DNA from: Takakia lepidozioides
Lineage: Eukaryota; Plantae; Bryophyta
Assembly: GCA_030704615.1 (NCBI GenBank)
Contig: CM060732.1
Coordinates: forward strand, 59,830,001 to 59,894,000
DNA length: 64,000 nt
Direction of reading: 5' to 3'
In this document: positions 46,920 through 57,710 of the stretch, one piece after another
Numbering within the stretch: the stretch's first letter is position 1
Layout of the letters: the number at the start of each line of letters is the position of its first letter
Program-made: the position numbers and the translations under genes
Notes under the pieces: generated by a model
What the model was told of the DNA's origin: nothing
Database searches by the model: none
The model's input: only the letters and a program-made list of their open reading frames with translations

Positions 46920-48619
46920 AAGTGCAATCCACAGCCACATGTGTCACTCATCCTGAGACAAAAATACACAACAGCAGCACTAAGAACAATATGATGCTTT
47001 CTATTTTGTTGCCAACGTCAACTATAAATCAAGACTCCGGCTGTAATCATATGCTAAAGTTTATACTTTGTCGGTTACAACACAATGTCCACTCTAGATG
47101 GTTATCATTCCGTGGGACTATATCTGAAGAGTACGTCATGGCCGACTTCACGGGCACTGGTCCATGATTTCCCTTATCTCTGCATAGAAGCCACGTTGGA
47201 TACTGTACATCTGCATCATCTGTTTCCCCTCTGCCAGGCATTTCATGCGGATTCCAAGATGCTCAAGTGTCTTCTAAAGTTGCGACTTTACATTACCATT
47301 GATTTACTGTTTGCGCAACTTCTTGACATTGTTTTCTTGTGTTTTTAATCTTGTCCCATGGGCACTGGGGGCCCTCATTAATGTCACAAAGTTGCTTCTG
47401 TCTGTGTCACCTGGACTTGGTTCCAGTGCATGGGTTGTTATGCTGCTAAGGTCCAAGGTTTCTTGTTGACAGTTGGTAAGGACATGACATGTGCAGATGA
47501 TTAACAAAAATCCAGTTTCACCACATGCTGCTCTTCTCAAAGTCTCTGTAACGCCTCCCATCAAAGTGAAGAGACCGGGGTCCTAAATACATTATAAGAA
47601 CAAAGATTTCCTGGGGCTGGCATACCAACGATTATGCAAGCTACCTTCAACATAGATCTGGTAGACTGGATCTCAGATTCAATGTTTCGCAGGTCAGCTG
47701 ATGATGTTAGACACTTAGCGGACTTGGAGTGTGCCCTGAAGGTTGTCAAATGGGCTGAAAGCTTTCATTCCTCTCCTCAAATTGCACGACGCCTATGACC
47801 AGATTTGCTTGGATAGACCACCATGGGAACTGCCTGATCTACAACCATCAAAGCATTTCTCCACTTGTATTCAAGTAATATGGCATAGCCTATCTTGAGG
47901 ATATGTAGGCAACTTCTTTTGCAAATGATTTTCAAGTGGTTGAATTTATTACCATCTCTGGGGTGGGTTGATATTCTGCAGTACTTACGTTGCAAGGGAT
48001 CGGTTGATGGGTACACTTCATGCTGCCTGATAGATTGTGTGCTAATGATATGCTATTATCCCTGGATTGCAGACCATTGCTATGAGGTCACATCCAAATT
48101 GTCTACCAAATCAGATCCCCTGAAAATAATTCTGGACTCTCATCACCTAGTGTTTTCCTGCACTGGATACTCTAGGTGGTAAGGGCTCTCCATGCGGGTG
48201 CTTGACCCAAGCACACCCCATTTTTGAAAAGGCTTGATTTATGTCACCATTGCTACTTAGTGAGCTTGTTTGGCATGCTGGTAAATGTGATATTTGTGTG
48301 ACCTCACCTCACTAGCTTGTCAAACTGGGTCACACACTATCTGTTGTCATCTGCCACACATACACAGCACTCCTGTCACTTCCACAGTACTTTTTTAAAC
48401 CAAATGAGAGCCCAGCTGTCGTCCAAGTCATCATCTCAGAGCCGCCAATATCAAAAATACCCAAAGTGGTAGCTATCTCCAACGGTGTGTCTAGTGTAGA
48501 CCAGTCCCTGGAACAGTTCTCTTCGAAAAAAAAGTATAATGCCTCCCCAAGTGTAAATTACCTCGTGACCCGGAAGGGCTACTGCCTTCCGGCGGGGAAG
48601 TGGACACCTTTGTGACAAC

Positions 48620-48690
48620 AATTGGTGGATTGAACCCATAAACCGCTTCCGAGGTGGTATGTGCCCCTTACCACTGGGCTACAACTTGGT
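48620..48690 (-). other. tRNA-like (A-box/B-box) remnant, possible SINE head
   Basis: Minus strand GTAGCCCAGTGGTAAGG...GGGTTCAATCC with tRNA-like spacing. Stems are poor, so it is not called a tRNA. Confidence 0.4.
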
Positions 48691-50141
48691 GTGGAACAAC
48701 TCTCGACATTACTCTAGATAGACCAGTGGTGTTTTTGTCCCTTTAGCAAGTAGAAAGGGACCCTTTGGCGAAAATTTGCCAACAAATAGTGAATTCCTCA
48801 AGTTCCCACACAATTAACATTGAGCCCCTCATCTTCACCCTCAAGGGCCCACCATTGGGCGATTTCATCCTCCAAGGGAACGACTGTGAGGGAACGATCT
48901 GCAGAAGGAACGTGTTACTTCAGGGATGACGGTTAATTAGTTAGGTGGTTAGGCGGAGAGCAAGAACGAGAGCACGGAGAAGGTGGAGAGATGAACAATA
49001 GATGCTTGTTACATACAAAGCTGTAGTGAAACTGTAGGGCAGATTAGAGTCACCATGGCATTGGCTTGATACCTGATAAATCATAATCTGATACTTATTC
49101 GATACAAACACACTGTGTAGAGTGACATGAGTGAAGCTGTGGAATGAATGCATGATTAACTGGAACTTAATAGATACTGAAGCAATCTAATGCTTCAATA
49201 TACACGGTAAGGTAAATTGATAACATGAAGGCAAGAAGGAATACAAATAGGAAGCACAACCATGATTCACTAGCTGGTCATGACTGATTGTTCTGAGCGG
49301 GCTGAGTGCTTAGAGATATCCAACTCTTCTATCTTGGAGTTTCCAACGACTAGAGAGATTTTAATGTTTTAGTAGAGTTTTTTGTTTCTTTGGGATTTTG
49401 CAAAGGGTGAAATTTTGAGCTTTGACCAAGCTATTTGAGTGACGGTTGAATTTTCTTGCTTCTGCTTCCACATAGAGGTACGTATGGTATCTAGCCAACT
49501 ATTGTGAAAATTTCAAGACAAACAACACTTGTTTTGTAAGGCCTTTGTATGTGTTTGAGGGGGGTCAAATTAACTTCCATAGCTTGGCAATTCAAGGTGA
49601 GCCAATTCCAAAATTTGACCTATTGATAATGAGATGTTTTACTCCATTCCTCTCATGAGTGTGTAGAATGCGATATAATAGTGAATACAAATTCTAGATC
49701 CAAGGGTAGAAGCTCCTAAACTTACCAATTATGTCTCGCCATGTAGACAATTAACTCTATGTGACCCTCCTGTATGCTCCAATTTCATGACCCCCTACGT
49801 TTTCTAAAAGATCTATAGGTCGCATAATAATTCAGCAAATTTTATTAGTTTCAATGTGAGAAGGTGGGCCATGTTGTTAGAAATGTAAATGCAGTTGGAA
49901 CCATTAAAATGATTGAAATCAGCAAAAAATACCTAGAAAAATATACTTCATCAAAACCCAAAACAGGTCTCCGCGGCATGGGCCATTACGGGTTAAGGTG
50001 CCCTCTGAGTCTAAAACCGCACCAATCGAATGATCATTGCACTAAACCAAAGTGTATAATCAACGTCATCATATAGGTTGATCGTTGCACAATTAACCCT
50101 TAACCGCCTACGGAACGAAATTTGGGTTTCACACATATTAA

Positions 50142-51100
50142 CCCCTAATGGACGAGTCGACCTGAATCGAGGTCGATTGAAAATTTCGAATGGATGATAC
50201 TATCGGGATGAACTCGGATGAAATCGAGCCCTGAATGAAAAATGTAGGAAATTTAATTCTGCGCCCCCCTGCGTTGATGGCACCCTAAAAATCCTAAAGG
50301 ACAGCCGTCAGGATTTTTTGGAGTGCATAGGGGTACCCAAAATCATGTGGTTTGGGGCCCTCCAGCAGGGTTGACTTTAACACGTGTCAGGCAGATGGGA
50401 CTGGGTCTCGGCATTTGCCAGCGACGGGTATCAGCGGGGCCCCACTAAAAACGAACCCACACAAAACAGCCCCGTGACTTCATCAGTTTTTGATGACGTG
50501 GCCCCTTTTTTTTGGCCGGAATTATCACCGGCTCAGGCAATACTTGGCCTGAGCTGGGATTTAAGGAAATCTCTGCTTGCATTTTGGTTAGAATTCAGAT
50601 ATTCTTTTTGGAGGTAGTAGGAAATCAATCAAGGAACAATTCCACCATTGCAATTGTGGTTACAACGCCAATTTGAACCCGTATGCCTGAGTTACAGGTC
50701 AGTTGAGCTAAATGGTGTTTTTTGACCCCCCCTGTTTTCCCATACAAAACAACCCTATGCAGATTTAGGAATTCTGCTTTGCAAATTTGGGGCAACATGC
50801 TTCAGGTGCCTGTGAACTGGAATGTGGGTGGGGTCTTGCAAGGAAAAAATATTTTCTCGGAAAAATTGCCTGGTCAAACTTTTTTTTCCCTCTAAAATTG
50901 GAGTATACTACAGATTTAGGGCTTACCATTTTGTTATAATCTTCCTAATGACACGGTGAAATGGGTGCATGAGGTAGGTAGCCTTCCTTTCATATGGTTC
51001 ATCCATGTGGATGTTTGTTAGCTGGGAGATATACCCTCATCCGTGAGGGTATGTGCTGTTTTGGAGTGGGCCCACCAAAAAGAGCCTCGTCCATTAGGGG
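50142..51100. mobile_element. Non-autonomous piggyBac-like element (959 bp)
   Basis: TTAA (50138-50141) + CCCCTAATGGACGAG ... CTCGTCCATTAGGGG + TTAA (51101-51104): perfect 15-bp TIRs starting CCC. No transposase ORF. Confidence 0.82.
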
Positions 51101-54100
51101 TTAAAGGAGCTGCAGTCTATTGAGAACAATACATTGCTCATTGATTTTTATGATTTCTGCAGTTGTCTGGGAGTGCATTGTCGCAACAGCTGGAGGGAAT
51201 TTTCTAATTGGAAAAGTACAGTGGATGACTAGTTGGCAGACATGTCAGCTGAGTTATTTGAGATCTGACGCGAGGTGAAGGACATGATGGCGTTGGTACT
51301 AGAAACAGTCAGTGAGGTGGGGGTTGTTCTCAAAACTTCGCTTGGCCGTGCACAAGTAGGTGCACAAACCTCTACTGTCATTCCTACCTCCAACATTGCT
51401 AAAAAGAGACTGGGGGCTACATTTGATGTAGCAGAGAAGGAGAGGGGATCAGATTGTGGGGGGCTTGCCAAGGCATATGCAAGAAATTATGAGCTCCCCA
51501 AAAAACAAATCATTGTGATGAAGTAGGTGAGATACAATTGGGGCAGCATGGTAGCGAACACTAGAAGAAAAACGCGGAATAACCACTTTGTTAACCACTC
51601 ATTTTGAGTGGTAAAAGACACTAAACCACTCTGGCCCCAGAGTGATGAAGAACCAGTGCATTAGGACAAGTGAGTGGTAAAAGACATTACGTGTTACCAG
51701 TGGTTAAGGACAGTGTTTTGAACCACTCACGTCCGGGTCCACCTGTTAGCTGACGTGTCACAGTGGTAAATTAACCACTGTGACATGTCAATGACATGTC
51801 ACTGAGGTAAACCAACCATTTATGACGTGTCACAGTGGTAAACTAACGTGTCATAGTGGTAAAGTAACCACTTCCATTTTGTAGTGGAGACGTGTAAGCC
51901 GGTGGTCCGTGGATGATATTGGAGATTATGTCGACACGTGGCGACACTCTCAGCATGGTCACGTGTCGTGTGTCAGTGCTACGAAATGGATGGAGTGAAA
52001 AATTCAATGACTTCCGAAACCACTTGTTGAGTGACCACAAAATGACTCATAGAGTCATTCTATGAAAACTGAGAACATACAATATCACTCACAGAGTGGT
52101 TATGTGAGTGGATGACGTCTCTCAACAGGTCATTGGAATGATTACCCACAGAGTGGTGTGTAAGCTATTTGAGTCATTCATGGTGTCTCTCTGAGTGGGA
52201 ACTATGGATTTGAGTCATTACTAACAGAGTGGTGTGTAAGTGATTAGGAATACCACTGGAGGAATTCATACCACTAGTACAGTAATATATATGTGACTAC
52301 TTATACCACTATACAAATGGTAATGTAGGCAATTGTGTGCATTTGGCTACTCCCACAGTTTTAAATTATACCACTATTACAGTGATGTGCAAGTGATTAT
52401 GAACATGACTAGATGAACACATACCACTAGTGTAGTGTTTAAAGAAGTACCATTGGGGATTCAAGCTCCACAAAATAGAATAGAATCCCAGAGAGTTAAG
52501 TGCTAGAACACTGTCAACAAAATCCAGCCATGATAAAAGCACTAAGCCTAACTTCTACACGGCGTCTCCGCATGCATGTTAGGAACACTGAACTGCTTTC
52601 ATGCCTTCTTCTCACTGCCAGCAATGTCCCGGGCGAACGAAATCTAAGCCTTCTTCATGTTCTTCTCTAGCCAAAGACAATTCAGACCAACGACATCCTC
52701 CAACATTGTTTACGGTGGGACCTCTTCCTCGTTAGAGTGAGGCAAGACATAATTGGCAATATAAATATCATTCACCTCAACCCGCCACAATCCCTCAGGT
52801 ATAACACTGCAGTGATATGTATCTTTGTCAGGCACACCAGTGACAATTCCACTGACAGCCCTGTGTCGTGGTAAATGAGGATCATACATGCTGATTTTGT
52901 CCTTCAACTTAAACTGCACACAACACCCACCATAAAACCCACATTAATCAACCCATGACATACATGTACATTGAAAACTAAATAATGAGGACCGCCCAGT
53001 ATAAGCAATCACTGAAAGTGTAGAGTACTTTTGGTAGCATACGAATATCTACCACTGTGGCAGGGGGGTGATATTTGGGGGTTGCCTTTGAAGGCGCCGC
53101 AGTTGGTGCACTGTCGGTGACAGTATCAAGAGCGGCTTTCTCAGCCTGCAAACATCACGCCCAACACCCCTTAGCAGTTTCATTTAGCAATGCATCTACT
53201 AATAGTTTGAAGTACCCAACATGTAAATGGCCACATTGTACAGAACTGATAGCCAACAGGTGCATGCATGCTCACCTCTAGTACGGAAACTGCTGCATGG
53301 AGAGGTGCCTCCTGAAGGCCCACCTGACTCTTACTCCCGCTAGAACTTGGTGTTATGTCACCATTTGCATCAGTCAAGGACTTTGTGCCTTTGGCAGCAG
53401 TGGCTCTGGTTACACGCTCTCCTTTTCGCATGTACTTCTTCTCAGCTCCCTTCACGATGGCTGGGGGGCAGGGTCCTCTGCTTTAGTCTCCTTCTACATG
53501 CCAACAAAACAACAAGGTATAATACATGAGTACGTCTTACCATACCTGATGCATAGAATTCATGGCACACACCAATAAAAGGGGGGCCTGCCCACTGCCC
53601 ACCAGCGGCGTTGCATGGAGGGCCCCAAGTTTGGGCATCTCCTTGTACCCAAGCTCCTTGGGGTCCTCCATTGGACCCACTTGTCCATGACCACGTGTTC
53701 GTTGTCTGTGGAGGGGCCATGGGCTGCTGCCAGGTAGGTGCTTCTTGCTGCAGCCACGTTTGCCCACCTCTGGATTGCACCCATGGGCCATTCGGGCCTT
53801 GTTGCACCCATGTCGTAGGTGGACCAGTAGCATTCGCCACAGCCTCAGTCCCCCCTTCCTTTGCGCGCTTTGATGCAGCCTAACACAAGCCCCTCCACCC
53901 CACAAAGTTAGCAATGATGGAAAATAAGGTCAACCGGGCAACGAGCAAGGTCGGCAGTTCGTGAACGCATACAAACCCTGGCCCAACGTGCCAAGAAAAG
54001 TTTGGCATCCAATGGCGTGAATGCATGGAATGTCATGCTCTGGCGCCCTAGCAATGTCCCACATCCATTCAGTATTCAAACCCTAACACATGTTTTAACC

Positions 54101-54671
54101 CTTTGAAATTTAATCCAGCAGTCAAGCCATACATAGTCCAACTCGTAAGCCATTCATCTTTCTCACAAAGTTTCTAGGTCATTCACATTTAGGAAAGAAC
54201 CAAGGTTTGATATATAACATTTACCACCATATATGCAGATTGTAAACTCATCACAAAAGCAGATTGCAGGTCTGGAGATAAATCTCCGGAACCAGGCTCA
54301 AAGCATATTAGGTTCGAAATGAAACAATCAACCACTCATGCCTTAAGTTCACAAGCCAATCATAGTAGTAATAGGCTTGGTTATATAAACCAATCACCAT
54401 CTCAGTCACTGTAAGCATATACATTTCATGAGCCATTCTCCAGCCTCTCCCTCACTCTCAGTCCAGCCCCACACACTCCCTTCTCCATCAGTTCAGCACT
54501 CCAAAGATCATTCCTCCGCCATACACCTCAGCCTCTTACTCACTTAGATTTACCCTAAACCTTGCTCGGTTCTGCCTCTACCTCCGCTTTACACAAAACC
54601 CTACCCTAAACCCTACACATCATGAAAATGCTCAATCGCTTCCACAATCTGAGAGGAACTAAGGGTGAGAT

Positions 54672-54830
54672 TGTACTCATAAGACGTTGTTTGCCGTAGC
54701 CTTGTGGCCATTGACCCCGCGCCCAGTTTGAGCGGGAACAAAAGGAACAGAACCTACCTCTGTCAGGGGCTGACGTCGGTAGTAAGACTTACCGTCATAT
54801 AAAGACCACATATCCTCCTTCCAACTAAGT
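54672..54830 (-). mobile_element. 3' end of a second retroposon family (ORF ending ..GVNGHKATANNVL*)
   Basis: Homologous to 58946-59063 (+) and 46448-46490 (-). Confidence 0.65.
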
Positions 54831-55039
54831 TCAGCAGATGTTCAACAATCCTTTCATCATCTCTTCACACAAGACATCCCCTACTTTAATGATTGTACCG
54901 CTGGCATGAGCAACATCTAAAGGTAGTACACCAACAACACTTCACCAGCAGAAACACCCATTCCATAGCACTCAAGCACTTTCATGACCTCATACTGTAA
55001 TTCAGAATGCTGTTCCTTCTCCCATGAGTATCAAACCCC

Positions 55040-55378
55040 GCGATCGCGGTTGTCCCACCATCGTGCATGCCTTCATGCCCCGATTCTAGGGCTTGAGTCC
55101 CTGTCTGCCCCCTATCCCACCAGCTCCGCTTGTCATTGTACATTGAGAAATGCCACACCTTGCGATCGCGGTTGTCCCATCATCGTGCACGCCTTCATGC
55201 CCCGATTTTAGGTCTTGAGTCATTGTCTGCCCCCTATCCCACCAGCTTTGCTCGTCATTGTACATTGAGAAAAAGCCACACCTTGCGATCGCGGTTGTCC
55301 CACCATCCGTGCACACCTTCATGCCCCGATTCTAGGTCTTGAGTCCGTGTCTGTCCCTATCCCACCAGCTCCGCTCGT
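55040..55378. repeat. Tandem repeat, ~122-123-bp unit, ~2.8 copies
   Basis: GCGATCGCGGTTGTCCC recurs at 55040, 55162 and 55285. Confidence 0.92.
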
Positions 55379-56446
55379 CGTCTCTCATGATCAGACTCGA
55401 CACTATAAGAAAACAAACATAGCTCTGTCATGTTTGTCTTTCACGATCAAACTCGACACAAAGAAAACAAACAAATGCCACAATGGCAGGGAAGACAAAA
55501 AAAATGCAAAGTCCCCTCACTCATGACTGGATGGATGAATGTAGCGATAGATGGATGGATTTTGGGTTTTCCATCAACACACAAACCACTAAAGTTTTTC
55601 ACCACAAAAGTAATACCAATCACTGGTGTGTATGTAATCACTAACACGTAACCACTGGCCGAGTGGTTCCAACCATTGGCCGAGTGGTTCCAGTTACTAA
55701 ATGGTCTGTAACCACTCACTCTACACCACTCTCAAAGTGGTACCAATCTGATTTTGACATGTTACTACCAATGTGACAACAAGAAAGTATCAAAAAACAG
55801 ATAACAGAGACGAGGAGTATCCAAATTCCACAAAAAAGTATCTAGAAACAGGTCCAGATTCATCCAAGAGGGCCGGATTCCAAGCTCAAGATTACCTATG
55901 ATTCCCTGTGGAAGGATAGCTACAAGAAACCTGCATGGGTAGATGGTCAACTGGAAGCCGAAGCAGCATCGGCACAATTAATAAAATCAGGCACTGCTAG
56001 TCAAGGCATTCTTCAACACATTACACCATGTTTTTCCCTCTTATCAGAGTAGCAGAGGCAATTGGGCATAGGAACTAGTGTGATAAGTTGAGTTGGGTAT
56101 TTCATGGTCGGTCAAATCCTCCATGGGTCATGACACAAGGTCAAGGACACTGTGGCGAGGGCACCTTCTACTTTGACCTATTTCAGCTTGTTTTGCCCTC
56201 TCATCAGGCGCAGATTCAGCTATGGATTCATAGGGATTGCAAAGAGTTTGCGTGCTCTACATCTGCACCTTGATGCACGTTTGCAAATACAGCCGTTTTA
56301 TTTTCCTCATGTTCCCTCTTGGCAGCAATTAATTCTCATGTACATGGGCAGAAGAAACTCTTGCTTTAAAATCTATAAGTTGCATGTAAATTGTTTTTGG
56401 AAGTTGTGCCACATTCACGATGACGGGTCAAGGCCTGGTATGAACT

Positions 56447-57149
56447 AGGGTATCAAGAATCAACCAGGGTATTAAACAACCCGACTAGGCTGGTATTGGC
56501 TGGTGTAATACTAGGGTTAATAACCAAACCGCCTGGTACGTACAATTCCAATACCTAGGTCAATACCCAACATAGGCTGGTATGACAAAAGCAATACCCG
56601 TGCAATACCCATATTATGGGCAAAAACAAGGACTCTACACATGGTATAGGGTTGTACACAAGTCATGGGTAAGGGCATGTCCAGCCCAAAGGGCCCGCCA
56701 CTATATATTTTTTTTTAGTACATGTTGGTAGGGCAATGTCGATTTGGCATTCACAACCTCAAAAATTAGTGCTAATTTTTAAAGAATTGGCCGGATGATG
56801 CGCGGACAGATTGCAAGGTTGTTGAGCAAGGGATCATGGATTTCTTTTTGTCGGAATAAGATTGATGAATATGAGGACCTCATTGCAGATGCTTGGCACG
56901 TTTGAGACAATGAGGCTTGCAATCAGTTTTCTTCAAACAAAGCTCACTTCTCTTTGCGTACTAAAATCTGCAACATTATTATGTAATGCAAAGTCTGAAT
57001 TTTGCAGCAGAATATTTAATTTCTTTGTGAAATCAAGTCACGGTATGCTTCTAAATGAAAGGCATATTAATGATTTGGCGGTTATTATTTATATCCGGGC
57101 TGATAACCCGCTAGTATTACAATTGGAATACCCCTCCTATTGATACCCT
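56447..57149. mobile_element. Probable hAT-type MITE
   Basis: 10-bp inverted ends AGGGTATCAA / TTGATACCCT with ATACC/GGTAT subterminal repeats. No matching TSD. Confidence 0.45.
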
Positions 57150-57710
57150 TCCACAAATAAAAAATCATATTACTATTGAAAACAGGTGGATATTAAATTA
57201 AGTGAATATTCCAATACTATGGAACCGGCTGGTATTGAAAAATAATACACCGTCCAAATAGTATTGCATATCGCCTCTACATGCTGGACGCGTCCCGCTC
57301 GCCTTAACAATCGCCACTACATGCGCAGACGCGTAACTTGTCGCGCCCACCATCGTGAGTTGCCGTGCAACTCATACTCCCTCGCCTTCGCTCGGGTCTG
57401 TAAAGCGTGGGGCTGTGTGAAGCTTTGTTTGAACATCCCCCGTACATCCTCTTCTGTCTCTCTCCTTCCATCTTTTGTTCTCTCTTCTGCCTGATCTCTC
57501 GTCTTCTTTTCTCAGAAAATGGTAAGATTAGATTGATCACATTATCTTTTGAAGGGCTCTGTGCGTGGGAAGCTGGGCTCTGTCGCCGGGCCTCTCGTTC
57601 CTTTAGTGCAGGCTCAACGAGTGGCTGGTGCCGTTCCTTTCTGACTCTTTCTCAACGTTTCCAGGCCAGGAGCAGAAATTTCCCTCAAATATGCAGGCAT
57701 TCACAGAAAT

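Larger units (their letters stand above)
51559..55765 (-). mobile_element. CACTA (En/Spm) remnant with TnpA-like exon fragments
   Basis: TIR CACTAGAAGAAAA at 51559 and a second TIR-like TTTTGTAGTG ending 51886. Dense ACCACT/AGTGGT subterminal repeats at 51580-52450 and 55585-55745. ORF 52710..52919 (YHCSVIPEGLWRVEV..LPH) resembles the En/Spm TnpA C-terminal domain. Right TIR and TSD not found. Confidence 0.65.
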
